DNA of 64,000 nucleotides from Gammaproteobacteria bacterium (GCA_965277715.1 OZ255836.1:3712001-3776000), one strand, 5' to 3'; numbered from the stretch's first letter, positions 10,408 to 20,430 are shown. The notes: generated from the sequence alone by a model not told the origin. Program-made: numbers and translations.

Positions 10408-11171
10408 CCACCTTGAAAACAATTATTACCGCACTGTTCCTATCATTCACTTTAGTGAGTATGACGCATGCAGGTGGTTTGAGTGATTTGTTAAACAGCG
10501 ATGTATTAAGCAAAGGCAAAGAGCTGCTTAATAAGGTTGAGAGTGGCACGGGCGGTAGCCTCGGCGGTGACCTCGACCCGGCAACGGTGGCCAATGGCCT
10601 AAAAGAGGCATTGCAAAAAGGCGCTGAAAAAGCGGTGTCACTGGCCGGTATTCAGGACGGTTACTTTAAAAACCCCGAGATTAAAATCCCACTGCCGGAG
10701 AGTACGCAAAAGGTCACTAAAACTCTAAAAAAACTGGGCTTGGGTAAATATATTGACCGTTTTGACGAGTCGATCAACCGCGCCGCAGAAAAGGCGGCAC
10801 CCGTGGCGATTGATTATTTTACGACGGCACTAAAGGGCATGAGTATCGAAGACGCCTACAAAATCCTGCGTGGCCCGGATAACGCCGCCACCCAGTACTT
10901 TAAAGACAAAACCATCAGCAAGCTGACCAGCGCATTTCGCCCGTCTATCGATGCGAGTCTGTCGAAAGTCGGTGCAGTCAAGGCGTATAAGAAAGTGCAG
11001 GAGCGTGCGGGTAAAGTTGGGCTGGGCAGCCAGGTGGATTTCGATATGTCTGATTACGTGACGGGCAAGGCGCTGGATGGTTTGTTTCAACTGGTCGCCA
11101 ACGAGGAGAAAAACATCCGGGAAAACCCGGTGGCGCGCACCAGTGAGCTGTTGCAGCAGGTGTTTAAGTAG
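10404..11171 (+). CDS. DUF4197 family secreted protein
   Basis: Signal peptide, then GLKEAL, NRAAEKAAP, GPDNAATQYF and EEKNIRENPVARTS. Confidence 0.88.
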   Translation: MTTLKTIITALFLSFTLVSMTHAGGLSDLLNSDVLSKGKELLNKVESGTGGSLGGDLDPATVANGLKEALQKGAEKAVSLAGIQDGYFKNPEIKIPLPESTQKVTKTLKKLGLGKYIDRFDESINRAAEKAAPVAIDYFTTALKGMSIEDAYKILRGPDNAATQYFKDKTISKLTSAFRPSIDASLSKVGAVKAYKKVQERAGKVGLGSQVDFDMSDYVTGKALDGLFQLVANEEKNIRENPVARTSELLQQVFK

Positions 11172-11172
11172 G

Positions 11173-11634
11173 TTATCCCCCCTCGCTACAAAACAGAGCG
11201 CCAAAATACCGGGCCGCTTTTTGTGGCCCCAATAACTTCAAGGTACTGGGGTCACCCCGCGCCGCTACCACTAAAGGCTTAATACCAGGGCGAACCAGTA
11301 CCAGGCCCACCGTTTCTGGCCAGGTGGTGGGTAAGATTATCGTGTGTGACACCACGGCCTGGTCGCTTGCCTGGCTAATGGCAAGTGTGCCTGCAAAGGT
11401 TGTTTCCTGTACGGCATTAATCCCCGATCTACCCAAACACTGCAAGGTTCTGAATACCGCCTGGCCTAGCTGCTCTAGCGTGTCCGTCGTTTGCGCATCG
11501 GGCGCCGCCAGTTTGTTTTGCATGGAGGGTGGCAGGTAGGCAATGACTAGAGGGGTATTGTCATTGAAGCGGTCGGTTGCCAGCGCTACAGCGGAAAAAC
11601 CGACCAGGCATAGGCAAAAAACCAACCACCTCAT
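11173..11634 (-). CDS. Hypothetical exported protein
   Basis: Signal-peptide-like N terminus. ATGA-coupled to the upstream GMC gene. Confidence 0.55.
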   Translation of the reverse strand: MRWLVFCLCLVGFSAVALATDRFNDNTPLVIAYLPPSMQNKLAAPDAQTTDTLEQLGQAVFRTLQCLGRSGINAVQETTFAGTLAISQASDQAVVSHTIILPTTWPETVGLVLVRPGIKPLVVAARGDPSTLKLLGPQKAARYFGALFCSEGG

Positions 11635-13244
11635 GTATCGGCTAACACCAGGTCAGCACCTTTTTCCCCAACCATAATCGAGGGTGCATTGGTATTGCCC
11701 GAGGTGATATTGGGGAATATCGAGGCGTCGATCACGCGCAGATTATCGACACCGTGCACTTTTAAAGTGCTGTCGACCACGTTGGTTTTGTTGTTTTCGC
11801 CCATCCGGCAGGTGCAGCTAGGGTGGAAGATGGTCGTGGCGCGCTGGCGAAAGTCCTCTAAAAAGTCATCGTCGCTGGCGGTCTGCACGCCGGGTTTGAA
11901 TTCCTCAGTGATAATATCCGCAAATGCCGGAGAGGCGGCGATCTTGCGCATTAATTTTGCCCCGGCAATCGCCTCTTGCCGGTCGTGTTTGGTCGCCAGG
12001 TAATTGGGCCGGATAGCCGGGTGCTCAAACGGGTCGGCGCTGCGGATAGTGATCTCGCCACGGCTGCTGGGGCGGCAGGCGTTATAGCCGAGTAAAAACG
12101 CCTCAAACGGATCTAACTCAACCATGGGGCGGGTGCCCACTTTAGCCGTCGAATAACTGGCGGGCACATAATAGAGTTGCAGATTAGGCTGGGTTAAGTC
12201 AGGGGATGATTTGACGAACCCACCGCCCTGATTAACCCCCAATGACAATGGTCCACCGCGTGTTAACGCATAGCGCAACCCCGCCCACAGCTTGCCCCGC
12301 CACCCGGCGAATTCACCGTTTAGTGTACGCAGCCGGGTTTTGTAGTAGTGGCTGGTGCCGATATGGTCTTGTAGGTTTTGCCCCACAGCCGGGCTATCGA
12401 CCACCACCTCAACCCCGTGTGCGCGCAACAGCGCCGCCGGGCCGACACCAGACAACTGCAACAACTGCGGCGAATTGACCGCACCGCCGGATAAAATCAC
12501 CTCGCGCCCGGCGCGCACCTGATGGGTTTTACCGTTTTGTTGGTACTCAACCCCGCTTGCCTTATTCCCTTCAAACAACAAGCGGGTGACATGCGCCCGC
12601 GTTTCCAGGTGGAGATTGTGGCGTTTGAGCACCGGGTGTAAATAAGACCGCGCCGTCGAGGCGCGCCGCCCGTTTTTTGTCGTGATCTGATAGACACCAA
12701 CGCCTTCAAACTGCGCGCCGTTGAAATCTTCCGTGTAACGCAACCCCGCCTGTTTGCAGGCTTCGATATAAGCCTGGCAGGTGGGGTGGTAGTAAGCGCT
12801 GACGTCAGCGGCGTGCTGTGGGCCGCCTGCGTTGTGGTATTCGCTGCCGCCCCAATCGTGGTCTTCCATTTTTTTGAAGTAGGGGAGCACATCATGCCAA
12901 CCCCAGCCGGGGTTACCCGCTGCCTGCCAGTCGTCAAAATCGCGTTGTTGGCCACGGATATACACCATTGCGTTAATGCTGCTGGAACCGCCCAGGACTT
13001 TACCGCGTGGCCAGTAACTCACGCGGTTATGGGTGCCGGGGTCTGGTTCTGAGTGGTATTTCCAGTTGACGCTGGCATCGTAGAACGTTTTGGCGTAACC
13101 GATGGGGATTTGTACCCAGAAGCGTTTGTCTGATCCGCCTGCCTCCAGTAGCAATACCTGGAAACGGCCATTTTCACTGAGCCGGTTGGCGAGTACGCAA
13201 CCGGCGGAACCGGCGCCGATGATGATGTAGTCGTAGCTTGGCAT
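11631..13244 (-). CDS. GMC family oxidoreductase (choline dehydrogenase-like)
   Basis: YDYIIIGAGSAGCVLANRLS, PRGKVLGGSSSIN, NLQDH, FHPSCTCRMG and GNTNAP. Start trimmed to MPSYDY. Confidence 0.92.
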   Translation of the reverse strand: MPSYDYIIIGAGSAGCVLANRLSENGRFQVLLLEAGGSDKRFWVQIPIGYAKTFYDASVNWKYHSEPDPGTHNRVSYWPRGKVLGGSSSINAMVYIRGQQRDFDDWQAAGNPGWGWHDVLPYFKKMEDHDWGGSEYHNAGGPQHAADVSAYYHPTCQAYIEACKQAGLRYTEDFNGAQFEGVGVYQITTKNGRRASTARSYLHPVLKRHNLHLETRAHVTRLLFEGNKASGVEYQQNGKTHQVRAGREVILSGGAVNSPQLLQLSGVGPAALLRAHGVEVVVDSPAVGQNLQDHIGTSHYYKTRLRTLNGEFAGWRGKLWAGLRYALTRGGPLSLGVNQGGGFVKSSPDLTQPNLQLYYVPASYSTAKVGTRPMVELDPFEAFLLGYNACRPSSRGEITIRSADPFEHPAIRPNYLATKHDRQEAIAGAKLMRKIAASPAFADIITEEFKPGVQTASDDDFLEDFRQRATTIFHPSCTCRMGENNKTNVVDSTLKVHGVDNLRVIDASIFPNITSGNTNAPSIMVGEKGADLVLADT

Positions 13245-13419
13245 AAGAGGGTGATTATCTGGTAGTTTTATTTCGGGATTCTTGCAGATGATGAGGGTGG
13301 TGACAAATGGTGTTTGCATTGGGTGGTTGTGTAACCATTGGTTGTTTTATGTAACTAAAAGTTGTTTTGTTTTGGTATGGTCGATGAGGTGGTTGATCCG
13401 GTTTTTATTTTTATGCTGG

Positions 13420-13500
13420 GTGTGTGGGTGTTATGGGGTTTCACCTGCGGTGCTTTGGTGTTTTTCTCTGTCCTTTTACAGGCGGGTGAAACCCACCACC
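13420..13500. repeat. REP-like repeat family C (GGGTTTCACC...CAGGCGGGTGAAACCC)
   Basis: Hairpin-forming. A degenerate aligned copy lies at about 31205-31272 and a half site at about 39840. Confidence 0.55.
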
Positions 13501-13574
13501 TAAATAAACCATTCCCCTATGCAAACCCCCGGTAAATTGGTAAAAAGACCACTACAAACACCAGGAATTTCCCC

Positions 13575-15839
13575 ATGCCAGCCAGGAACCCCCCATCAAG
13601 AAAAAACCAAACCCCAAAAGAGGAACTAAAACAACGCTTGGAAAAACTGGCAGTGAAAGACCGGGAAGCCCTCGCGGTATTTGCCGGTCGCTGTGCTTTG
13701 CGGGTGATGCCCTGGTTGGCAACTGATAAAGGGTTGACGTATTGGGGGGATAATCAGGTAAAGCATTTGCTGGCAGTAGAAGCCGCCAGCATATCGGCTT
13801 TGTTATATAATCTTAATGCCGCCGCCTATGCCGCCTACGCCGCCGCCGCCGCCGCCGCCGCTGCCGCCAACGCCTACGCCGCCACCGCCGCCTACGCCGC
13901 CACCGACGCCGCCTACGCCGCCAACGCCGCCAACGCCGCCAACGCCGCCAACGCCGCCTACGCCGACGCCAACACCGTCGCCTACGCCGCTATAAAAAAC
14001 GACCTCAACCTACTAGAAAAAGGCCAAACCCAAACCGTCAGAGAACACCCACTATGGCCCAACCATTCCCCACCTAAAAGCTTCCCAAAGCGACTCAAAC
14101 AATTCGAAGAAACCCTCCAAAACCTAAACCAACACGACCTCCTAAACCGCTACCAAGCCCTACTAAAAGGCGGCACTGACCCCGCCGCAATCTATAAAGG
14201 CGTTTTAGAAAGCTGGCTCGAAACCAAAGACACTGACCCCGATAACACGGCTAAAACCACTCCACCCCAATACATAGCCACCACCCGCACAGCCGCCGAA
14301 AAACCCGGTCAACAAGATCACCTAAACCGCACTCACCTGGCCCAGGCGCTCAGCCGCTTCCTACTCGATAAAGACAACATCGAACACCAAACCATCGGCC
14401 TGCTGGGCGATTGGGGCGTAGGCAAAACCACGTTTATCAACCTGTTAAAAAAAGCACTGAGCGCCGATAAACAAGGCGTAAAATTTTTGTGCGGCGACTA
14501 CAACGCCTGGGAGTTTGAGCACACCAGCAACCAACAGGCAGGTATGGCCCAAAAGGCGATTAAAGGCTTAACCGATGACCTGAACTGGTGGCGCAAGCGG
14601 TGCCTGGCGTTTCGCCTGAGCCGAAAGAACAAACCGGTATTGACCGTGCTGATACCGATGGTACTTATCGCCTTGGCGCTATTGTTTTCAGATTTAACAC
14701 CCGTGCCAAATATGCTGCGCTGGGCGGTGGAGGCGTATCTTCCCGAGTCGGTTTTCACCAGTTTGTATAAAGCACACCCTATATTGATCAATGCTCTGCC
14801 GGTTTTTCTGGCGCTGTCTCTGCTGTCCTGGCAGTTTTTGTTTCGTATGCCGGACTTACTGCGTAGCCCCACCCACAAGTACTGGTCGACGTTTCTCAGC
14901 TTGCCGAATTTTGAAAAAGACCTCGGCACTATTCCGGTGATGCGTCGACAGATCGAAGACCTGGCCCAATTGCGGCTCAGTGAAAACCGGCCCGTCAAAC
15001 AGCGGTTTTTATTTGTCGTCGATGATCTCGACCGCTGTGGTGATGAGGCGATTGTGCGGGTGCTGGAGGCGGTGCGGCTGGTGATGGATATTCAGGGTGT
15101 GGTGGTGCTGATCGCTATCGACCACCGGGTGGCGCTGGCGTCGCTGGCTCTGCGTTACCAGGAAATGGCGAAGTACCACGAAAACCGTGACGCCAATGCG
15201 ATTGGCCGCGACTACCTGGCCAAGCTGATTCACCTGCCGATTCAGCTACAGCAGCCAGATAGTGGATCGGTGGAGGGTTATCTCGTCTCGCTGTGGGGAG
15301 ACGCAGCCGATGATGACCCGGCGCCCTCGGCTTCACCCAACACCGATAAACCCGATACGGCCAAGCAAGCGGCAGCGGCTCGGGAACAACAGGCCGATAC
15401 GCCGGATGCAGCGCCCGCGCCCCGGCGGCTGGAAACCGTGGCGTCGAAAACAGCCAACGCCCTGGATAAAGGTAAAGAAATGGGCATGAGCGCCGAACAA
15501 AAATCAGTGTTTATCCATTGGTGTCACTACTTTGATATCGCCAATCCCCGGCAGGTTAAGCGCCTGTACAATACTTACAATCTGTTGCGGCATTACTATG
15601 TTGAGGCGTCAATGGCGCCAGCGCAGGTGCAGGCAAGTTGGGAAAACTACCCGGTGTTGGCGGTGTTGTTTGTCTTGGAATATGCATTTCATCACCAGGT
15701 CAATATTGATGAACCGATTGATAATGCGGTTATTGCCGGGAAGTTGCGGGAAGTGAAGGTGCCGATGGATGCAGATTTTGATGAAGTGCGGGAGAAGATA
15801 GCGCCGTTTGTTTTACCTGCTTCTGGGCGGGTTATGTAG
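13575..15839 (+). CDS. KAP family P-loop NTPase with an N-terminal Ala-repeat helical domain
   Basis: Walker A GDWGVGKT, YNAW, two TM helices, Walker B FVVDDLDRC, DYLAKLIHLP and NPRQVKRLYN. Confidence 0.9.
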   Translation: MPARNPPSRKNQTPKEELKQRLEKLAVKDREALAVFAGRCALRVMPWLATDKGLTYWGDNQVKHLLAVEAASISALLYNLNAAAYAAYAAAAAAAAAANAYAATAAYAATDAAYAANAANAANAANAAYADANTVAYAAIKNDLNLLEKGQTQTVREHPLWPNHSPPKSFPKRLKQFEETLQNLNQHDLLNRYQALLKGGTDPAAIYKGVLESWLETKDTDPDNTAKTTPPQYIATTRTAAEKPGQQDHLNRTHLAQALSRFLLDKDNIEHQTIGLLGDWGVGKTTFINLLKKALSADKQGVKFLCGDYNAWEFEHTSNQQAGMAQKAIKGLTDDLNWWRKRCLAFRLSRKNKPVLTVLIPMVLIALALLFSDLTPVPNMLRWAVEAYLPESVFTSLYKAHPILINALPVFLALSLLSWQFLFRMPDLLRSPTHKYWSTFLSLPNFEKDLGTIPVMRRQIEDLAQLRLSENRPVKQRFLFVVDDLDRCGDEAIVRVLEAVRLVMDIQGVVVLIAIDHRVALASLALRYQEMAKYHENRDANAIGRDYLAKLIHLPIQLQQPDSGSVEGYLVSLWGDAADDDPAPSASPNTDKPDTAKQAAAAREQQADTPDAAPAPRRLETVASKTANALDKGKEMGMSAEQKSVFIHWCHYFDIANPRQVKRLYNTYNLLRHYYVEASMAPAQVQASWENYPVLAVLFVLEYAFHHQVNIDEPIDNAVIAGKLREVKVPMDADFDEVREKIAPFVLPASGRVM
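13818..13990 (+). repeat. GCC-based low-complexity coding repeat
   Basis: (GCC)n interspersed with TAC, AAC, ACC and GAC codons, including GCCGCCAAC x4. Confidence 0.9.
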
Positions 15840-16094
15840 CGGGATGTGCGAGAATATCTGATAATCCGGCAACAGATCACCCAGATGGTGAATGCCTTTG
15901 TTGAGGCTGAGCAGCTAAAGGTGGTGGTGGGTTACTCCCGTGATCGGTGATACAGCATTGAAAATCGGTCAAAAATGTATATTTATTCTGTGTAAGCTGT
16001 GTTTTTTGGCCGGTTTCCGCTTTGCCTCGCCTTCGCTAGGGTATTTACAGCGCGGCTACCTGGCAAAAAAGTCCTTTTTTATCTTCATAATCAA

Positions 16095-16114
16095 GCCGGG
16101 GCAATTGCCCCGGC
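16095..16114 (-). terminator. Hairpin downstream of the polyamine binding protein gene
   Basis: Perfect palindrome GCCGGGGCAATTGCCCCGGC, 20 bp after the stop codon. Confidence 0.55.
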
Positions 16115-16134
16115 CCGTTAAACAATGATAGTAA

Positions 16135-17181
16135 TTACTGCAATACTTTGGTCCACACCCGGTCGTACAATTTGATCGATTTTGAACTACAGGTCTGGCT
16201 GAAGTGCACTGGCACGCCTGGGTCGATGTTGATTTCAGGTGCTTTGCCCAGTGCCGGGTCGATGTACGCTGAAATGGCATCTGCATCCAGTGGTGATGCA
16301 TAGCGGTTGAAGTTGGAGATGTCCGCGCCGTTTTTTGCATCCATCATAAAGTTGATGAATTTTTCAGCATTGGCTTTGTTCGGTGCGCCTTTTGGCACAA
16401 CGAGGCTATCAAACCAACCGATGATGCCCTCTTTAGGGTGCACGAATTTAAGTTTGCCAACACCATTTTCGGTGCGGTTTTTCATTGAATAACCATCCCA
16501 GTGGCTGCTCACTAACACTTCACCGCTGGCGAGGTTGGCCACCATGGTTTCTGAATTGTAGGTTTTTACGTGCGGTTTTTGTTTGAGCAATAAAGCCTGG
16601 ACTTCTTTCATGTCTTTTGGGTCTTCGTTGCATTGTTCGTGACCCAGGTACATGAGGGCCAGCGGGATGACTTCATCCGGGGTGCGAAAGACCTGTACTT
16701 TGCCAGAGACGGAATCGTTCGGCTCGAAGAATTCTTTTAGAGAGTCACCCGGGCCGTCGTAGCCGTCCATGTTGATCGAGAAGGAGGTTGATCCCATTTG
16801 CCAGGGGGCTGTGTAGTCCTGGGTGGGGTCCCACGGTGGGTTCTGCCAGCGGCTATCGACGTTGCTGTAGTTGGCCATGCCTTTTACATCGATTTTTTCC
16901 AGCATACCTTCTTCGATCATGATGGTGACGAAGTTTTGGCTGGGAATGGCTATGTCATAACCGGCGGCACCGGATTTGAGTTTGGCTAACAGGGTTTCGT
17001 TGGAGTCATATGTGTCGACGTTGACTTTGATGCCCGTTTCTTTTTCAAACTTGGCAATCAGCTCAGGCGGGGTGTAGTCGACCCAGTTGTACAGGTTTAG
17101 CTCACCGCTGGCGGCGGCTGTAGCGCTAAACAGGGATGCGGCGAGCAGAACACCCGCTCGCTTGCTGATATTAGTGACCAT
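16135..17181 (-). CDS. potD: Polyamine ABC transporter substrate-binding protein (PotD/PotF family)
   Basis: Signal peptide, LNLYNWVDY, FEKETGIKV, DSNETLLAKL and PKEG motifs. Confidence 0.9.
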   Translation of the reverse strand: MVTNISKRAGVLLAASLFSATAAASGELNLYNWVDYTPPELIAKFEKETGIKVNVDTYDSNETLLAKLKSGAAGYDIAIPSQNFVTIMIEEGMLEKIDVKGMANYSNVDSRWQNPPWDPTQDYTAPWQMGSTSFSINMDGYDGPGDSLKEFFEPNDSVSGKVQVFRTPDEVIPLALMYLGHEQCNEDPKDMKEVQALLLKQKPHVKTYNSETMVANLASGEVLVSSHWDGYSMKNRTENGVGKLKFVHPKEGIIGWFDSLVVPKGAPNKANAEKFINFMMDAKNGADISNFNRYASPLDADAISAYIDPALGKAPEINIDPGVPVHFSQTCSSKSIKLYDRVWTKVLQ

Positions 17182-17995
17182 AACTTCTTTCCTCACTTTG
17201 CTTTGATATAAACCAGTATGTCGCGACAAGCACTAATGAAACCAGGAACAAGACGGTCGATACTGCATTGATTTCAGGTGAAACACCTAAACGGATCATG
17301 CCGTAAATGTATAACGGCAGGGTTGTGGCGCCAGCACCGGCCACCATTAATGAAATAATAAAATCGTCGATTGAAATAATAAACGCCAAAATACCCCCGG
17401 CAAAAATGCCGGGCTTGAGTTGCGGCAGGATGATGTACCACAGCACTTTGACATCGTTGGCGTAAAGGTCTTTGCCCGCTTCACGCAGGGTTTCATCCAT
17501 GCCCGCCAGGCGGGCGCGAATCGGCATAAACGCAAACGGAATGCAGAAGGTGATGTGCGCGACGATAATCGAACTCAAACCCAGTGGGAACTCGATTGCG
17601 GCAAAGAAACTCAAGGTCGCGACGGCCGTGGCAATCTCCGGCACCAGCAGCGGCAGGCTGATAATGCCCAGGCTCAGCCCCTGGCCCTTAAACACCCCAC
17701 GCGAGAGCACCAGGGCGGCCATGGTGGCAAACAATGTGGCGCACACGGTCGCGATGCTGGCGACGATTAAGCTGTTCCAGATGGCACTTTGGATGCTCTC
17801 ATTGGAAAATGCCTTCACGTACCATTTGAGGCTAAATGATGTCCATACCTGGGCGATACGGTTATCGTTAAACGAGAAACCAATCAACACAGCAATCGGC
17901 GCGTACAAATACACAAAGAACACACACGCCCAACCCTTCAGCCACGCCGTTTGCCCCTTACCACTCGCCATCGACTTACCCGTATTACCCGCCAC
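17171..17995 (-). CDS. potC: Polyamine ABC transporter permease
   Basis: YLYAPI, FSLKWY, VPEI, EAGKDLYA and SIDDF motifs. Confidence 0.9.
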   Translation of the reverse strand: MAGNTGKSMASGKGQTAWLKGWACVFFVYLYAPIAVLIGFSFNDNRIAQVWTSFSLKWYVKAFSNESIQSAIWNSLIVASIATVCATLFATMAALVLSRGVFKGQGLSLGIISLPLLVPEIATAVATLSFFAAIEFPLGLSSIIVAHITFCIPFAFMPIRARLAGMDETLREAGKDLYANDVKVLWYIILPQLKPGIFAGGILAFIISIDDFIISLMVAGAGATTLPLYIYGMIRLGVSPEINAVSTVLFLVSLVLVATYWFISKQSEERSYGH

Positions 17996-18036
17996 GCCGA
18001 TGCCTCCGCCACACTTTACCCATCACCTTTCACCTC

Positions 18037-18942
18037 TCACCTCTCACTCTTTTCATCCACCTGCGCCCGTGAGACCCGAATATAAAAATACGAGCCCACC
18101 GCCACCATCATCAACAGCAGCATGGTCAGGGCGCCGCCAAATGGCCAGTTTCTGGCCGAGGAAAACTGAAACTGAATCAGATTGGAGAGCATCATTTTCT
18201 TGCCGCCACCGAGTACCGAGGGCGAGATAAAATCACCCAGGCTCAAGACAAATACCAGAATGCACCCGGCGATAATGCCCGGCAGGCACAGCGGGATAAC
18301 AATTTGCCGGATGACTGTCCAGCGGTTGGCGTACAGGTCGTGCCCGGCTTCAACCAGGTTAAAGTCGAGTTTTTCCAGGCTGGCGTAAATCGGCAGGATC
18401 ATCAGCGGGATGTAGCTGTACACCAGGCCAACGGCGATGGCCAGGTTGCCGTACATCAGTTGTAGCGACTCGTCGATCAGGCCCAGTGCCAGCAGCGGTT
18501 GCTCGATCATGCCGTCTTTGCCGAGGATGAGTATCCACGAATAGGCGCGCACCAGCAGGTTTGTCCAGAAGGGGATGGTGACTAGCAGCAGCAATATATC
18601 CCGCACCGCAGGCCGTTGCTGCACGATGTACCAGGCCACCGGAAAACCGATGATAAATGACAGGCTGGTGCCCAGGATGGCCAGTACCACCGAGCGCCAG
18701 ATGATTTGCAGGTACACGGGTTCAAAAATCAACGAATCGTCGAGGTCGCGTTCAAAAAACAGTTGCAGCCAGGCCTCCATGCTGAAGCCCGGCTCCACGC
18801 CACCGTAGGAGTCTGCCGGTTTAAACGAATACACGCCCAGCAGGATGATGGGTATTGCCATAAAGACGATGATAATCAGCAGCGAGGGGGTCAGGCCCAG
18901 CCAGCGGCGGGCCAGTGGGTTTTGCGGTAAATTGATGTTCAT
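18037..18942 (-). CDS. potB: Polyamine ABC transporter permease
   Basis: IPFWTNLLVRAYSW, LPIYASLEKLD, EAGHDLYA and RNWPFG motifs. Confidence 0.9.
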   Translation of the reverse strand: MNINLPQNPLARRWLGLTPSLLIIIVFMAIPIILLGVYSFKPADSYGGVEPGFSMEAWLQLFFERDLDDSLIFEPVYLQIIWRSVVLAILGTSLSFIIGFPVAWYIVQQRPAVRDILLLLVTIPFWTNLLVRAYSWILILGKDGMIEQPLLALGLIDESLQLMYGNLAIAVGLVYSYIPLMILPIYASLEKLDFNLVEAGHDLYANRWTVIRQIVIPLCLPGIIAGCILVFVLSLGDFISPSVLGGGKKMMLSNLIQFQFSSARNWPFGGALTMLLLMMVAVGSYFYIRVSRAQVDEKSER

Positions 18943-18951
18943 TGGTGTGGC

Positions 18952-20040
18952 TCAGTCGACCAGTGCAGCGGCCGAACCCTCGGCGATGTGGATGCCAATC
19001 CGGTCGCCCACGGCAGGCATTTCTTCGCCTACAACCGTGTTTTGACAGCGCACTTCAAAGGTGTTTTGCGTGTCGATGCGCACGCTTAGCAGGGTGTCAG
19101 TGCCCATGTAGATAACGCTTTCCACATGGCCTGAGGCGCTGGCTTCATTGAGCGGCACCAGGGTGATTTTCTCTGGCCGGATCGCCAGGGTGATGTCTGC
19201 ACCCACGCTGGTGCTGTGTACCTGGTGGAGGGTGAATTGCAGGTCACCGTGGCGGCAGATGATATGGCCTGGCTGGTGGGATTCGACGCGGGCATCCAGC
19301 AGGTTGCTGTCGCCGATAAAGTTGGCCACAAAGCGGTTGACCGGGCGCTCGTAAATCGCCTTGGGGGCGCCGAGCTGTTGTACCTTGCCCTGTGACATGA
19401 CGGCGATGCGGTCACTCATGGCCATCGCCTCTTCCTGATCGTGGGTGACGAAGACGAAGGTAATACCGGTTTCACCCTGGATGCGTTTCAGCTCGCTACG
19501 CATGGCCTGGCGGAGCTTTAAATCGAGTGCGGAAAGCGGCTCATCGAGCAGTAGTACCTGGGGTTTTGGCGCCAGCGCACGGGCCAGGGCGATGCGTTGT
19601 TGTTGGCCACCGGAGAGTTGGTGTGGCTTGCGCCTGCCGTATTCTTCCATCTTGATCAGCGCCAGCATTTCCGCGACGACCCGGTCGATTTCCGCCTGGG
19701 GTTTCTTCAGCATTTTCAGCGAGAAACCGACGTTTTCCGCAATGGTCATATGCGGGAACAGGGAGTAGTGCTGGAATACGGTATTGACCGGGCGTTGATC
19801 GGGTGGCAGGTGGTCGATTTCCTCGCCGTGCAGCACGATACGCCCGTCGCTGACGTCTTCAAAACCGGCGATGCAGCGCAGCAGGGTGGTTTTGCCGCAG
19901 CCGGACGGCCCCAGTAAGGTAAAGAATTCATTGTCGCGAATATCCAGCGAAATGCTTTCCAGGGCGACGAAGCCGTTGTCGTAAACCTTGCGCACGGCGT
20001 CTATGTGCACCGCTACTGATGCCTTGTTGTTATCTGTCAT
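18952..20040 (-). CDS. potA: Polyamine ABC transporter ATPase
   Basis: GPSGCGKTT, RPVNTVFQ, LSGGQQQR and VTHDQEEA motifs, with a TOBE-type tail. Confidence 0.92.
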   Translation of the reverse strand: MTDNNKASVAVHIDAVRKVYDNGFVALESISLDIRDNEFFTLLGPSGCGKTTLLRCIAGFEDVSDGRIVLHGEEIDHLPPDQRPVNTVFQHYSLFPHMTIAENVGFSLKMLKKPQAEIDRVVAEMLALIKMEEYGRRKPHQLSGGQQQRIALARALAPKPQVLLLDEPLSALDLKLRQAMRSELKRIQGETGITFVFVTHDQEEAMAMSDRIAVMSQGKVQQLGAPKAIYERPVNRFVANFIGDSNLLDARVESHQPGHIICRHGDLQFTLHQVHSTSVGADITLAIRPEKITLVPLNEASASGHVESVIYMGTDTLLSVRIDTQNTFEVRCQNTVVGEEMPAVGDRIGIHIAEGSAAALVD

Positions 20041-20079
20041 TATTGGGTCATTATTGGGTCATTGTTGGGTCATTGTTGG
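20036..20079. repeat. 11-bp tandem repeat x4 over the potA start
   Basis: GTCATTATTGG x2 followed by GTCATTGTTGG x2. Confidence 0.9.
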
Positions 20080-20244
20080 CAATGTGTCTGGCTACAGCTC
20101 TGTAAAGGTTAACGTTAACCGATTGTGGGGGTACAGTGAAGTATTCATAATTAACCGCTGTGTGTCTATTGTTGCGAAAGCCCTCAGTTATTCTGGCTGA
20201 AAGCGCTTGTGGGCAATCGTTTGCAATGCGGTAAATACTGCGAT

Positions 20245-20430
20245 ACGGGTATCACTTTTGTCTTCGTCGCCCACGATCAGGAGGAGGCGCTAACCATGTC
20301 TGACCGGGTGGCGGTGATGAACTACGGCACGATTCTCCAGATACCGCGCTGGCCAAAGTGCGCGCCGGTGGCCACGGCTTTGATATAGCCGTGCCTTCAC
20401 ACAGCCACCTGCCGATCTGGGTATCTGAGG
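20245..20430 (+). pseudogene. Relic of a second polyamine ABC operon (potA fragment joined to potD fragment)
   Basis: [33 protein letters not shown], then in another frame [27 protein letters not shown]. Confidence 0.8.

Noticed and set aside
13245-13319. Longer start for the GMC oxidoreductase
   Set aside because: The family N terminus YDYIIIGAG follows ATG 13244 directly.
13818-13990. DGR variable region (the codons are all reachable from AAC by adenine changes)
   Set aside because: No reverse transcriptase or template repeat in the window. GCC dominance and 9-bp periodicity fit slippage better.
17472-18230. 252-aa plus-strand ORF and similar antisense ORFs across the window
   Set aside because: These are shadows of well-supported genes on the other strand.
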